Assembly (NCBI GenBank): GCA_009602725.1
Contig: WELB01000002.1
Span: 483,780-547,779 of the forward strand
Reading direction: 5' to 3'
Length of the DNA stretch: 64,000 bases
DNA from: Spirogloea muscicola
Taxonomy: Eukaryota
Positions 1 through 11,870 of the stretch are shown one piece after another. The translations under genes and the position numbers were made by a program. The notes under the pieces are model-generated. The model saw nothing but the letters and a program-made list of their open reading frames with translations. It did not search any database and was not told the origin of the DNA. The stretch's first letter is position 1; the number at the start of each line of letters is the position of its first letter.

Positions 1-130
1 TGAGGGGTGTGGGAGGGGGGGGTGTGGGGTGGGCGGGGGGGGTGGTTGTGGTTGGGTATCGTGGTGGATGACTTCCACATTGCTGTCAGCTAAACTTACT
101 GAGCCTAATGGTCAACCTGTTCGGGCACAG

Positions 131-3100
131 GAAGCTGGACCAGAACAATCTCTCCGGGTCCATCCCCACATCTCTAAACAATTTGCCCCTCCAGAACTTG
201 TAAGTCGTAGTTGACGTCTCCCTGCACACCTCCTTGCTCGCATCTGCTGCCGCTCTCTTTCTTTTCCGAGCTGGCTGCTGGGGACCACGGTTGACATCAG
301 CCATTCAAGGCTTGTTAGTCTTGCAGCAGGGAGACTGTGCATATTGGCAGTGTATCGGCAGTCCCTCAATCTGCTGGAGGTTGGGTGCAGAAGCGTAGCT
401 TACAACAACCTGTCGGGACCTGTACCAATAAATGGAACACTTAGCAAACTTGGTTCTCTTCCGTGAGTCTGAAGCCTGCCCTTTACTGCACCTCAGAATA
501 AGCCGAGACCTCAGCAGCTTTACATGCAACCCATCCTGAGGCTTGTTGTATTGAGCAGCTATCTGAAGAGCTTATGTCTTGGGAGCTTGACGATTCACAC
601 TGCACCTTGCAATTTCTCTATGCCTGGTTCTATCATCCACCATAGTTGCAGAGAGTGTTCCTCAGTGCCGCTTTCCTTGGTCCCTCAATGGCTATCTTAT
701 GTCCAGGTTTGTCGGGAATCCAAACTTGTGCGGTGGCTCGATTGGGCTCAAGCTTTGCCCAGGCGAGAAGCTTTCACCTCCTCCTCCTCCTGTAGCACCT
801 CCAACTGCAGCCCCATCTCCTGCACCAGCATCCTCAGGTACCAGCGGTCACAACTTCTCTGTCCCTGGAAAGCTGCCCTGCAGAGCTTGTTTCCTCAGTA
901 GAAGGGAAGCTTATGGATAGTGCTGAGAGGCCTGCAACGTGTTTGGTGACAGTGTTGTAGGATTTGAACCCTGGCATCAAGCTGGGGTAAACTAGCGTTG
1001 CTGGTCAATATCAGTGCCTATCAAGCATGGCGCTGGAGGGTGTTGTACTGACACGAGGAATAGTGCTTGTCTGTAGGAGGTGGCAGTGGAAGCATCGGTG
1101 CAGTTGTTGGTGCTGCAGTTGGCGCGATTGTGGCAGCCATTGGCCTTTCAATCCTTGTCTACTGCTACATGCGGAAGCGCAAGCCTCTCCTGGAGGAGGA
1201 TGTGGAGTATGGGCACTTTGGTACGTAGACAGTGCAGTGCTCTGGAATGTAAAACTTGAGCATGGTTTCTACCTCTCAGAAGCTGAACGTTGTTGAAAAG
1301 GTCAACACATGCAATTGTGGAGCACTTTTTGAGCACGTGATGAGAAATATGACCATGAGTTTTCACGATTGCAGACAAAGATCCTGATACTCACCTCGGA
1401 CAGCTCAAGCGTTATGCTTTCAAGGACCTGTATGCTGCATGTAACGCCTTTGACGAGAAAAATGTGCTGGGAAAGGGGGGATTCGGCAAGGTGTACAAGG
1501 GCAAGCTAGACAACGGCACACTTGTTGCTGTTAAACGACTCAAGGTGCGACTTGACTTGTTGGCTTATCCCACTCCTTCTCAAAGTAGCAGACATAACTG
1601 CAGATAGTCACTTATCTATCTTCAATTTGAGTTTGTTTGGGTTTGATAATGTCCGCTGCCTAGCCAGCCACTAGGTGCTCTGCTTGTGCAGGAGTTTGCT
1701 ACGACGAACTCGTGATGTTTCCTCATTGTAGTGCTCTGCCTCTTCAATGAGGATAGGCTAAGACAAGAGCTGCTGCTGCATGATTGTCACTTGAGGCTGT
1801 TAGTCCCTGTCATTTACGGTACTCAGAAAGAGAGGAATGCCGGTGGCGAGGTCCAGTTCCAGACTGAAGTGGGGCTGATTGGTAAGGCAGTGCACCGAAC
1901 TCTTCTGAAGCTTCATGGCTTCTGCACCACTCAAAACGAGCGGCTGTTGGTGTACCCTTTCATGTCAAATGGCTCTGTGGCGTCGCGGTTGCAAGGTCCT
2001 CGCTACTTTTTGTCCCAGCTGCAAACATTTGCAGTTTACAGCCCTTGTTCAGGTCTCCGCCCTTGTTAAGGTAGTTGAAGCTCTTCGCTTATGGGTTCAA
2101 GAGTGTTGAATAATTGGTGAACAATACGTTATTCTAAAGTGCAGAGAGGGAGGCTAGCCAGCCACCACTTGATTGGTCAACGAGGAAAAAGATTGCAATC
2201 GGAGCTGCTCGTGGGCTTGCCTACTTACACGATAACTGCGGCGACAAGATCGTTCACAGAGATGTCAAGGTTCAGTCTTCGAAGTTAGTTGCGAAGGGCG
2301 ATATATCTCAAAATATCTTTGTCGACTTTGTAAGATGCATGTGCCAACTCTAGGAGAACACCTCTTCATTTTAAGCTCAGAGCGCTGCAGGCACAGTCTC
2401 AGGACTGTAGTGCTTCTCGATGCAGGCAGCAAACACATCCTACTAGATGACGACTATGAGGCTGTTGTTGGTGACTTTGGGCTCGCAAAGCTCATGGACT
2501 TCAAAGAAACACATGTCACAACAGCTGTACGGGGCACTATTGGGCACATAGCTCCAGGTGACAGGGCATTCATGGATCAAAGGATCCCTAGAGTCATCAC
2601 ACTGCGATACCTCAGACTCTACGCACACTTTTGGCTTTCCAAGTTGTAATTTGAGCACTTCTGTGTATGCTGCTCTTCCTGTTGTATAGTTGTATAGTTG
2701 TAGCTTGATCAATAGTAAGTTTTGCTGACATGTTCTGTGTGCTGAGCAGAGTACCTCTCCACTGGCAAGTCTTCAGAGAAGACTGATGTGTTTGGCTATG
2801 GCGTCATGTTGCTGGAGCTCATGACCGGGCAGCGAGCATTCGATCTTGCCCGCATTGCGATTTACAAAGATGCCATGTTGCTGGACTGGGTGAGTCCAAC
2901 TGGGCATACGATAGTCGTGCACCTTTTGCCGGTTCTGCCATTGCTGCGTAATAATATGCGTGCAGCAGTTTGTCGTGCACCAATATGGCACTGTGTTTGG
3001 CCTTGTTGTGCCAGGTGAAAAAACTGTTGAGGGAGGGCCAGATACATCAGCTGGTTGACAAGGACTTGAAGGAGGGCGAGTACAACGTCGTGGATGTGGA

Positions 3101-3579
3101 GCAGATGATTCAGGTTGCGCTGCTGTGCACGCAGGGCACCCCAGACGATCGCCCTAAGATGGCTGAGTGCGTGCGCATGCTCGAGGTAAGTGCTTGATTA
3201 TTGCTTCTCCACGAAGTCTGAGGCATGGTGTTGCATTTGAGCTTTTCGCATGGGAGTTTTGGTGGTCAAGCTGAGGCAAGCCTCAGCCGTTGCACCACAA
3301 TTTATCCTTGTGAGCACTACATGTCTGCCACATGCTGTGCTCCCAAGCAAGATAGCAAGATAACCCAACTATGCTGCAACTTCTGCAGCACCTTCTTACT
3401 ATTACTACTATTTCGGCTGGCAGGGAGACGGCTTGGCAGAGAGATGGGAGGAGTGGCAGAAGGTGGAAGTCATTCGGGGACAGGACCCCAACTACATGCT
3501 CCAGTTGCGGCCCTCCGCCTGGGCAGTGGACTCCGAGCAAAGCTTCATCAGGGCAGTCGACCTCTCGGGCCCAAGATAA
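131..3579 (+). CDS. SERK: SERK/BAK1-like (LRR-II) receptor-like kinase, 5'-partial, multi-exon, with an apparent 2-nt frameshift
   Basis: Exons read by eye: 131-199, 391-462, 707-837 (GNPNLCG...SPPPPP), 1077-1220 (TM), 1375-1544 ([17 protein letters not shown]...[11 protein letters not shown]...VAVKRLK), ~1827-1995 ([10 protein letters not shown]), 2145-2269 (HRDVK), 2426-2557 (DFGLAKLMD...[16 protein letters not shown]), 2750-2889 ([18 protein letters not shown]), 3015-3185, 3424-3579 ([13 protein letters not shown]...LSGPR*). These are SERK hallmark motifs. Extra 'ac' at ~2435. Confidence 0.92.
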
Positions 3580-3989
3580 TGCTTCTCTTATATCCCTCTT
3601 TATCCTCAGCTGCCCCCTGTGACTAGGACTGCTGTCTGGAGCCCAAACAAGGTGCAGAGGGGCAAGGGTTGATTACAAGGGCTCCTTTTGGCGTCAACCT
3701 CCGACCCTGTGCCACCTATCGCAGCAAGCGCCGCTAACAGCAACCATCCTTACTCCCCTTCGACAAAACTTTCTCTGCCACATTGAGTCCTACAGCAACA
3801 ATGTCATCAAGCCACTGTTGCCACAATATGAGCTTTCAGACGAGATGCTTTGAGAGTCTCATCCTGCCCATGAGACGCAGGAATACGTTTATGGGCAAAG
3901 AATGCACCGTGATGACATGCTTTTCACGCAAGCTCTTAGCCTACTTAGTGGTGGCATTATTAGGACCGAGTTGCTGAGACAGCTCTGAG

Positions 3990-4036
3990 CTCGGGCCAAG
4001 TAAGACAGCTCTTATAGCTATCTTACTTGGCCCGAG
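3990..4036. repeat. Perfect 16-bp inverted repeat (hairpin); second copy at 26618-26664
   Basis: CTCGGGCCAAGTAAGA-15 nt-TCTTACTTGGCCCGAG. Confidence 0.9.
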
Positions 4037-4919
4037 ATTCGCCATCTGTATGCTACTTGCCGTCTACCATATCAAACAGCACTCCTTGATCATACAAGAA
4101 GCGAGCACGCTGTGCCTGTTATCATGATACTGAAAGTGCAAGCATAGTGTGGGTAGTCTCCAACCTTCATGGTGGTGGTCAGTCTCCTGTGGATGCACCT
4201 TGCCACTTTTGAAGTGCCACATCCACTCATTTATTCTCGATAAGATGTAACAGAAGAGTATCATCATTCTGAGAAATGCAGCCCAGAACATGATTGGGCT
4301 TTTGAATAAGTAAATGAAACAATGCAATACCCCCCTGCTGCTTTCACATGAGAGCCAGTATACAGATTAGCCAGGGAGCTTAGGTTCTGTTTGTTTGGCT
4401 GGTACTATATAGCATTGGTATGATAGAGTCGGCTTGCGAAGGCTGCAAGTCAGCTGGTCCAATGCAGCGTCCAAGTAGTTGTGTCAAGGCTTGGGCTCGG
4501 CTTTATCGGGCAACATGGATGATGCCTCAGATTTAAAAGACACGCTCCAGCTCTCCTAAGACTTTGATGCTAATGGCAGCTTGACATGAGGGCCTACCTA
4601 CATCTGGCATCCTGCAGTTGGCGGCGGTGGCTACAAGCATGACGTTTACGGTCATTCAAAGTGCTCTGCAGGTGACTGCTTATGGTCAGTACTTGTAGGG
4701 CATGCACAACCCCCAAGAGAGGGCTTATTAGTGGCGCCAACCTGACACCAAGCAACAGCTTGATGTCACACAAAAGCGAAGAGCCTTCTCGAAGCAAAAT
4801 GAGAGGTCAATACTTGCATCAGTATTCACGAGGAACGAGACTCCAGCCGCTACTACTACCTAGTACTACCTGGTAACCATGCTAAGAGGTGCTATTAGAG
4901 CATTCTTGAGATACAGCAG

Positions 4920-5357
4920 ATGCGTTATTATATTCCCCAGGGCGACCACTTCTTCCCATGCGCCATGGACATATAGGGCGGCTACGGAACGAAGTGGTCT
5001 GCCCTCCTCCATCGCCTGGCACTGCATGTCGATGCCCGCCGACGTAGTCGGGCGGGTAGCTTAGGGCATTCTAGCGTCCCGCAAGCCATTACTGCATGCT
5101 ATAGAATGCCGCTATCATTGAGTCTACAGCGCTCCCAGGCACTCGCGATACATCAGCGTGCTGGTCGTGCATTAGCCCAGGCTAATGGCTCCAGCGGTGG
5201 TGCTTTGGCGCCTCAGTATAGCTTGTCAGATATGCATGTGCTCACTCGGGGATATTCGTGTCCCCCTTAGCCAGCTCATTACCCAGTCAACAGGAAATTT
5301 GTGAGGCTAGAATTGGCCTCCCATTCAATTTCATGCGCACCGCTCGCCTTCTCTCTC
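4920..5357 (+). mobile_element. 5'-truncated RLE (CRE-like) non-LTR retrotransposon 3' end
   Basis: Translates DHFFPCAMDIYG...YRMPLSLSLQRSQALAIHQRAGRALA...LSDMHVLTRGY, followed by a 3' UTR ending ATGCGCACCGCTCGCCTTCTCTCT that recurs elsewhere in the window. Confidence 0.75.
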
Positions 5358-5559
5358 TTCTTACATAGGGTTGGATCATCTAGCACACGACAACGTACTA
5401 GGCGTGCAGAGACAAGCGGCTGGAAACGGTGACCTCAAGTCGGAGGGAGAACCCTAAGCCCTAAGCCCCTTCGCACCTCAAGTTTCAGGCACTTCAACCC
5501 TCTGCCCTGCGCCCTAAGGCCTAGAAGCGAGAGTGCGGCGGCATGGAGAGAATGAAAAG

Positions 5560-6140
5560 ACGGCTCGAGAAGAGGGCGGTGGCTGTGAGAGCCACTTGTG
5601 AGAGGCCAGCCCAGGGAAAAGAATGAGCGAAGTTTGAAGGGGCCAGAGAAAGCTCTGAAGCACACAGTGAATCAAGTAGCCACGAAGCAATCAATAACCT
5701 CAGAAGAAGTGCTCGCCCATAAAGGATAGAGGCTGGGAAGACAGAGCAAGACTCTTTCAGTAAAGGGCGATGGCTGGGATTGGCCAACCCAGAAAAAGAA
5801 GAACACGGTTCAATTGGCCAGAAAAGCTTTCATTGCACACAGCGACGCAAGTGGCCACTGGGTGCACTATTTCTATCGAGCAGCCTCAGGTCAGAGAAAC
5901 TAATCTCCAAGTAGCATTTCCCCTGGCCACGGCGAAAGGCTGCAGCCAAAGGGCGACCGGCACGTAGATGCACCTCGTGTGCCGTGGACCGCTGCAGCAA
6001 TACTGACAGGCGCATGCGATACACCTGGGCGAGAGAGCCTGCCGCGTTGCCTGGAGCCACCCACCAGGACCGACGCCTTGGCTCGTCGCTTGGCAAGCCG
6101 CGGGCCTCAGCTTACTGTATGTGCTCACTCGTGGGTACTA
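5560..6140. mobile_element. Nested RLE-LINE 3' fragments in both orientations
   Basis: Minus strand GSLAQVYRMRLSVLLQRSTAHEVHLRAGRPLA; plus strand ...YVLTRGY*; several GGGCTGGC..CAGCC 3'-UTR motifs. Confidence 0.7.
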
Positions 6141-6414
6141 GCTGTTAAATGTAGTAATTTGGTGAATCAGCGGGCCGGCTTGGGTGAACATCTCTCTTTC
6201 TCTATGGGCGCGCACTTTCTTTCCATCTGACCTTTCTATTGAGCCGTGAGAGCCTCCGTGGATAAGAGGCCTCGGCACCTCGGGCTGACTGCTGAAAGTC
6301 CCGCTGCTCTGTGCGCCCAAGCCATGGCTGCCACCCACTAAGGGTACGGCTCTGTCTGCGGCCGGGCGGAGCCGTGTGCTCGCCGGCTCTATGTCCGATC
6401 TTACTGTGCTACTT

Positions 6415-6528
6415 CAATGTCCAGATTTATTGTTGATTCTGCCTGCCACGTAAGCTCTGACACGTCACTCTTCTGTCTCGATCTGACCTATCGACGCAGT
6501 ATGGCGATTGACGTCCTGTGGCGTTACA
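6415..6528 (+). mobile_element. Isolated 3' terminus related to the TIR-bounded Ty3/gypsy-like family (duplicate at ~31200-31313)
   Basis: GACCTATCGACG...GACGTCCTGTGGCGT(T/G)ACA resembles the element end GACCTATCGACG...GACGCCCTCGCGCGTGACA at ~20242-20284. Confidence 0.6.
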
Positions 6529-6949
6529 GCCAGCACGGAAAGAAGTGACCAGGTCCGAAAGGGCTGAAAATCTGCCGAAGCACATAATTCAAAGTCAGCC
6601 TGTGAAAAGCCAGCCCAAAGAGAGTTGACAAGGTCGGAAGGGACAGAGAAGCGCTGGAACACATCTTCAAGCAACTACTATGCAGAAATCACTCAAAAAT
6701 CACCCATCAAATATCCACTCAGCAGCCGCAGAAAGACTAGCAGCCGGAAGCAGTCCCTTGACGAAAGCCAGAGGCTACAGCTAGTATTTGCAAATACCGC
6801 TTTGTTCACTCTCACCACTGTGACGACTATGCTTTTAAGGTGGTACATCACAGCTGTTTCTGCCACCGCTGCAGAACGCGCGAAGCTCAATCTCCTTCCA
6901 CTGACCACAATGCTACTGGGACGCTGATGGAACGCTGCCCACCTCTCAA

Positions 6950-7140
6950 CTCCCTTGGCACAAGAGCTTGTCAAATGCCGTCCCGTATTTGGGCATCAGT
7001 CAGCGACCTCTATGTGCTGACTCGTGGTTACTGAACGGGTCTGCTCAGCAGCAGGTGCTGTCTATGTGTCAATGTGCTTGCCTTTGTACTTGGCCACTCA
7101 GGCCCTCCAAATCTCAATACACACTCCATTCATTTCTTTA
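6950..7140 (+). mobile_element. RLE-LINE 3' fragment
   Basis: GTRACQMPSRIWASVSDLYVLTRGY* plus 3' UTR, similar to 31020-31200. Confidence 0.7.
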
Positions 7141-7500
7141 TTCACACCCTCAGTCTCTCTCCTGCTCCCTCTCGCCGTTCCCTTCATTATCTGTCACCTT
7201 TCTCTCCGATCAAGCTGGCCAATCACTCTCACTCTCCTCTGCCTCTTCCTCTCCTCACACTATCACCCTTTCATTCGAGTTCTCCGTGTCTCACACTCTA
7301 CTTACTGCTATGTCGTGCTACATACCTAAAACCACGGTCAGCGGGCAAATGGAGTGACGGGGGAGTGCACCAACATAGACCTGTCGTAATAAATAGAAAT
7401 AGTCTTTGCAGCATCGAACCTCGACCTCCAGGAGTCTCATCTAGGGCATTCGCATGGTGCCAGCCAAGATAGGGATGTGCACGAAGTGGATAGAACTGAT

Positions 7501-10500
7501 TTACCAGGTGGCACCGATTGAATTAGGAAACGTCAACCCAGCACCAAATGCTCCGAGATTCTGGAGCATCTCAACAACGTCTATCATTGTTGGCCTTTGT
7601 TTTGGGATATTGGAGCAGCAAAATAGCCCCGCTTTCAAGGCGCCCCGTATTTCGTCCACTTTCTTGGGGACGAATGGAGCTAGCGCCATATCAACACACT
7701 CCAACAGGCTTCTTCTGATTAAGGCAGGATCGCACCCACAAGATTAAGCTGCCACCAGCTGCAACCTCGGTCTGAAAGAAAGGGTCAACAGGCCGTTTGC
7801 CAGTGACAGTCTCCAGCAGCATCTCTCCAAAACTGAAGACATCGCTGTACTCGGTCAGTTGGCCTAGGGCGCAGTCTGGAGCGAGATACCCGATTGTGCC
7901 TGCCCATGTGCATCACCGTAACGTCATGAATTGCAGGAAAGATGACCCATGATCATTGCGAGGCAGTCTGAGGTGCCTCTACCAGCATGTATCAACACAT
8001 CCTTCTTGCACGATGCCAGAGAGCCTACGGTACAGCTCAACGGACATTGAAGGGCATATAAAGTTTACCTGCAGCCATGGTTGAAACGTGCGTTTCATGT
8101 GCCAGAAAGGCTCGTGCAAGCCCAAAATCCGCCACATAACCTTGACCATGTTCATCCAACAAGGTGTTGTTTGGCTTAACGTCCCTATGCAGCACACGAG
8201 GACTGCACTCATGATGCAGGTACTTAAGCCCAACTGCTGCATCCAACATGACCTTCATCCGTGCAGCCCAGTGATCAAACGCTTCTGGCTTTGGAGGCAC
8301 GCCCTGGCTCCCGTGCACCAAGTGGTCAAGATTTCCGCCAGGCAAGAAAGGATAGATGAGGAGCATGCCCGCTTGGCTGTCCCTGGGGATGTACCAGCCC
8401 TGTAGCGGGACCAAATTGCGATGTCTGATGCGACTCAGTGTCTCCACCTCGGCTTTCACCGATCGCAATCCTTCCTCGCTGTCTGCTGGTAGCCTCTTCA
8501 CTGCATACCTTTGGCCATTCTCCATCTGCGCACTGCTTAGCATCTCCATCGAAATGATCGTAAGTTTGTGTATACTTGACTTTAAGGAGAGGCCTGAACA
8601 ATTTGCACCAAGGATAGCACACCACCTTGCAAGTAGGCAAAGCTACTTACAAGTAGACTTTTCCAAAGCCCCCAATGCCAACTATAAAATCATCATTGAA
8701 GTTCTCAGTTGCATCCATGAGCTCCTTGAAGGTGAAGGGCGCATGGAGTCTATCCTGCGTGATGGACATCTCGGACCAGAAGTGCTGAATGCTCCGCTCC
8801 TTGTCTGGCATAGTCTTGTCCTTCGTCTTCCTCCAAGCTAAGCAGCACAGCAGGAGAAGTCCCAACAACAGGAGGAGAAGGACAACAGCCCCAACAACAA
8901 TGCCAGCAACTGCGCCCCCTGATAAGCTTGATGACTTGTGCACTGGAGGTGGTGGGGAAGGAGGATGAGGTGGGGGAGCTGTCTTGCAGGTCACATAAGG
9001 GCCGCCACACAAGCCGGCATTGCCAGAGAAGGAGCTGTTGCTGTACTGACCAATAGAACCGCCAGGAATGGGCCCACTGAGGTTGTTGTTTGAGTTATTA
9101 AAGAAGAGAGTAAGATTTAAATTCGCAAAGGACGCCGGAATGCTGCCATTGAGATCATTGTTGGAAAAATCGAGATAGGTAAGACTCGGCAGGTTGCCGA
9201 TACCCTCCGGTATGGGCCCACTGAATGAGTTGCTTGCCATCACCAGCTCTTGCAAGTTCTCCAGGTTGGAGAAGGTTGTCGGGATCGGTCCAGAGAGCTT
9301 GTTGCCAGCAAGCACGAGCCCCTTGAGCAGGACAAGCCTCCCCAACTGAGGCGGCACAAGGCCAGTTAACCTGCCAGTGATCCGGTTTAGCTGCTAAGAT
9401 TGCCAGCTGCGGCTCTTCTGCAATCTATGTATCTGCTGACACGGCAGATCAGGCAGCCTATGGCTGCATCAAAGACGCAGTCATTAGTCAGCTCCTTGCA
9501 AGGTCCAGGCAGCTACTGTTGCATGAGATAACCACAAAGTTTAGCATAGATATATGGCTGACACTTAGCAGAGGGCAGCTTCGAGCCTACTGGTTGTTGT
9601 TGACAGAAAGAACGCTGAGACTGGTGCAGTTCCCCAGCTCAGGCGGCAAAATACCAGTGAGGCTGCAATGCAAGGAAGAGCAAAGCTTAAATACAAAGTT
9701 GCCAGCATTTGGGCTATTACTGAACACAAATTGCAGTCAGCTCCTTTCAGGTCCGGGCAGCTACTCTCCATCTCTCGCTCTAGGTACTCTCCTTAAAATT
9801 GCTCACTTTGACAATGAGATGCAACCTTACGAGAATATAATATCACTTGTCATTGCCTGTTCTGGCACACACTGACACGTCATGAGAATAGCTGCAGGAA
9901 CAAAAAGTAGAACCCTCACAGCTCAATATAGCTGCACGGATCTTGATGATTTTTTTAGGAAACCTGGACCTGACTAAATCGCGATTCCAGATAGATCTCC
10001 CAAGCGCTGGCAAATTGCCATTACTGCATGCCAAGTGCATGCAGGAGGATGCACAGTAGTAGTTGCTGACCCTAATCACTATCAAGAATCCTGCTCATCA
10101 GAGCAGAAAGGTGTCTCCGCAATAAGCTGTGCATTTGCAACCCTCGAATCTGGTGAACCTTTGGCATGCTCACCTGTTGTCGTTGAGGTGGAGTTCGCCA
10201 AGCTGCGGGAGGCCACCCAGCCCCGGAGGGATGGGGCCCGAGAAAGAGTTGTAGGACAGATCTAAGTACGTCAGGTTGCCTATATTGGCAAGCTCCGGTG
10301 CCAGCGTGCCTTTGAATTGCCCGTCTCCCAGATAGAGGCCAGTCACTCGCCTGCAGATGTGTACAAGCGGCAAGCAGCGGAGAGAGCTGAGCTTGATCAG
10401 ATCTTGAACTCACACTGCACCTAGCAAGGAGCTCGCAGCAACGCTGCTGCTGGCTCTGAGGCCCTCCACGGAGCTGCCGCTAGTCCTGTGGCTGCAGAGG

Positions 10501-10987
10501 AGGCGGCCCTTGCAGGATCACGACCTCGACAAAGGCGGCCGCTGCGGGTACCAATGCTTTGCTCGATACGCTGCGGCGGCCTACTCGGACTAGGCCGGGC
10601 TCGGGACGAAGCTCTTGCCTGGGGCCGTCTACGTCGTCTCAGTCAACGGCGAACCAGTCGCACGGCGTGAGATCGGCGGGGTGCCAGTCGGTGAGGAAGC
10701 CATAGGGGTCGTCGGTGATGCCGGCCTTGAAGGCCAGCAGCGCAGCCAGGTCGGAGCTGCGTGGGAGAGAGTGACGAGCAGTCAGCCGTGGGGGGACACA
10801 CGATGGAATGCGGCTGCTGATAACGAAAGAGCGGCTGTGAAAGCCAAGCCAGGTGCACACAGCAGGTGCTCATGACGGAGCCACAAAGCGCAAGGGCTGC
10901 TCACGCGAGGCCCCCGGCGGCGGTCCCGAGGCGGCTGAGCAGCGCGACGGCGGCGAGCGCTGCGGCGGCGAGCGATGCGGCTGCCAT
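7501..10987 (-). pseudogene. LRR receptor-like kinase copy A (RD kinase), probably frameshifted near the C-terminus
   Basis: Signal-peptide exon (MAAASLAAAALAAVALL, ATG 10987), N-cap exon (LLAFKAGITDDPYG..W..C.W), LRR exons, one 72-nt LRR exon (~9591-9662), large LRR-TM exon (8647-9370) and kinase exons (AVKRL, HRDVKPNN, DFGLAR, GTIGYLAPD). An extra base at ~7705 (CCT-G-TTG-GAG vs CCA/CCT-TTG-GAG in copies C/D) causes a premature stop. Confidence 0.8.
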
Positions 10988-11084
10988 GCTGGCCGCGCCG
11001 AGCCCGCGGGAGGCCCTCCCGGGCGGCGGCGGCGGCGGGCCCGTGCCAGGGCGGGCGTAGTCAAGACGGGGCTGGGCTTCTGAA

Positions 11085-11610
11085 AAGAAAGAGCTCGCCC
11101 ATTGAGGATAGGGGCTGGAACAGCCAGCCCAAAATAGAATGGACAAAGTACGAGAAGGGAGCCAGGGGAAGCGCTAAGAAAACCAAGCACAAGAAGAAAC
11201 AAAGCAGCTACGAATGACTCAGTAATTCCTGCTGAGCAGCCGCAGATCGGAGATGCTAGGGTCCTGGAAGTGGGTCCCCTGGACAGAGCCAGAGGCAGCA
11301 GCTAGGGCTCTTCCGGCACGAAGGTGCAGCGCACGGGCCATGGACCTCTGCAGCGAGACGGCCAAGCGCATGCGATACACTTGCGCCAGCGACCCGGCTG
11401 CTGAAAAGTGGCTCTCCCAACGGGCTGGCTTTCACAGCCGCTCTGTTAATATCATCAGCAGCCGCTTACTCAACGGTGGGCCAGGGGCCGTGAGAAAAGC
11501 GCGGCCGAATTGACTGGTGGCTGGGAGAAGCCAGCCCAAAAGGAATGGACAAGGTCAAGAGGAGCCGAATGGCGCAAAAAGCAGGGGACTAAGTGCTAAG
11601 ACGACAAGGA
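11085..11610 (-). mobile_element. Cluster of RLE-LINE 3' ends
   Basis: GSLAQVYRMRLAVSLQRSMARALHLRAGRALAAASG...SDLRLLSRNY* (stop ~11219-11221) and GGGCTGGCTGTTCCAGCCC 3' motifs. Confidence 0.75.
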
Positions 11611-11839
11611 GGCTTGTCGTGCCGTATCCTGTCGACTGCTCATTTCTGTCGATCTGACTAGGACCGCTGACTGGGCTTCACACGTGACCTTACTAGGCTG
11701 ACTCATTCACTTCGGTGGGTGATTCACGCTGAGGATGAAGGACCACTTTTCTCCCTATGTGGCTCCTAGGCTGGGTCATACACTTTTGTGTGTGATTCAC
11801 GCTGACAATGGAGGTTCCACCCATCTCTGACTCTCGACG

Positions 11840-11870
<31 letters not shown>

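Larger units (their letters stand above)
3700..11060. repeat. Segmental duplication unit (non-coding block + TE fragments + LRR-RLK); second direct copy at ~26324-38970, inverted partial copy at ~40190-44770
   Basis: 3700-5550 matches 26324-28200 almost base for base; 5560-6420 matches 28930-29890; 6420-11060 matches 31200-38970 apart from insertions and LRR copy number. Confidence 0.9.

Noticed and set aside
1..56. G-rich tract as a functional G-quadruplex
   Set aside because: Low-complexity, probably intronic sequence cut by the window edge; no supporting evidence.
4064..4327. Minus-strand ORFs here and at 26569-26952 as a gene
   Set aside because: Frames differ between the two near-identical copies; only a faint kinase-like snippet (ARFLYDQGVLFDMVD) that I cannot support.
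5450..5525. CCCTAAG repeats as telomeric sequence
   Set aside because: Only 2-3 degenerate units.
11085..11160. GGGCTGG..CCAGCCC module as an HDV-like or hammerhead ribozyme
   Set aside because: I could not fit the catalytic cores, and the module lies at LINE 3' ends rather than 5' ends; a covariance search would be needed.
11690..11830. ~70-bp imperfect tandem duplication near the element 5' end as LTR or split direct repeat
   Set aside because: Local only, not repeated at the 3' end, and single-copy in the derivatives.
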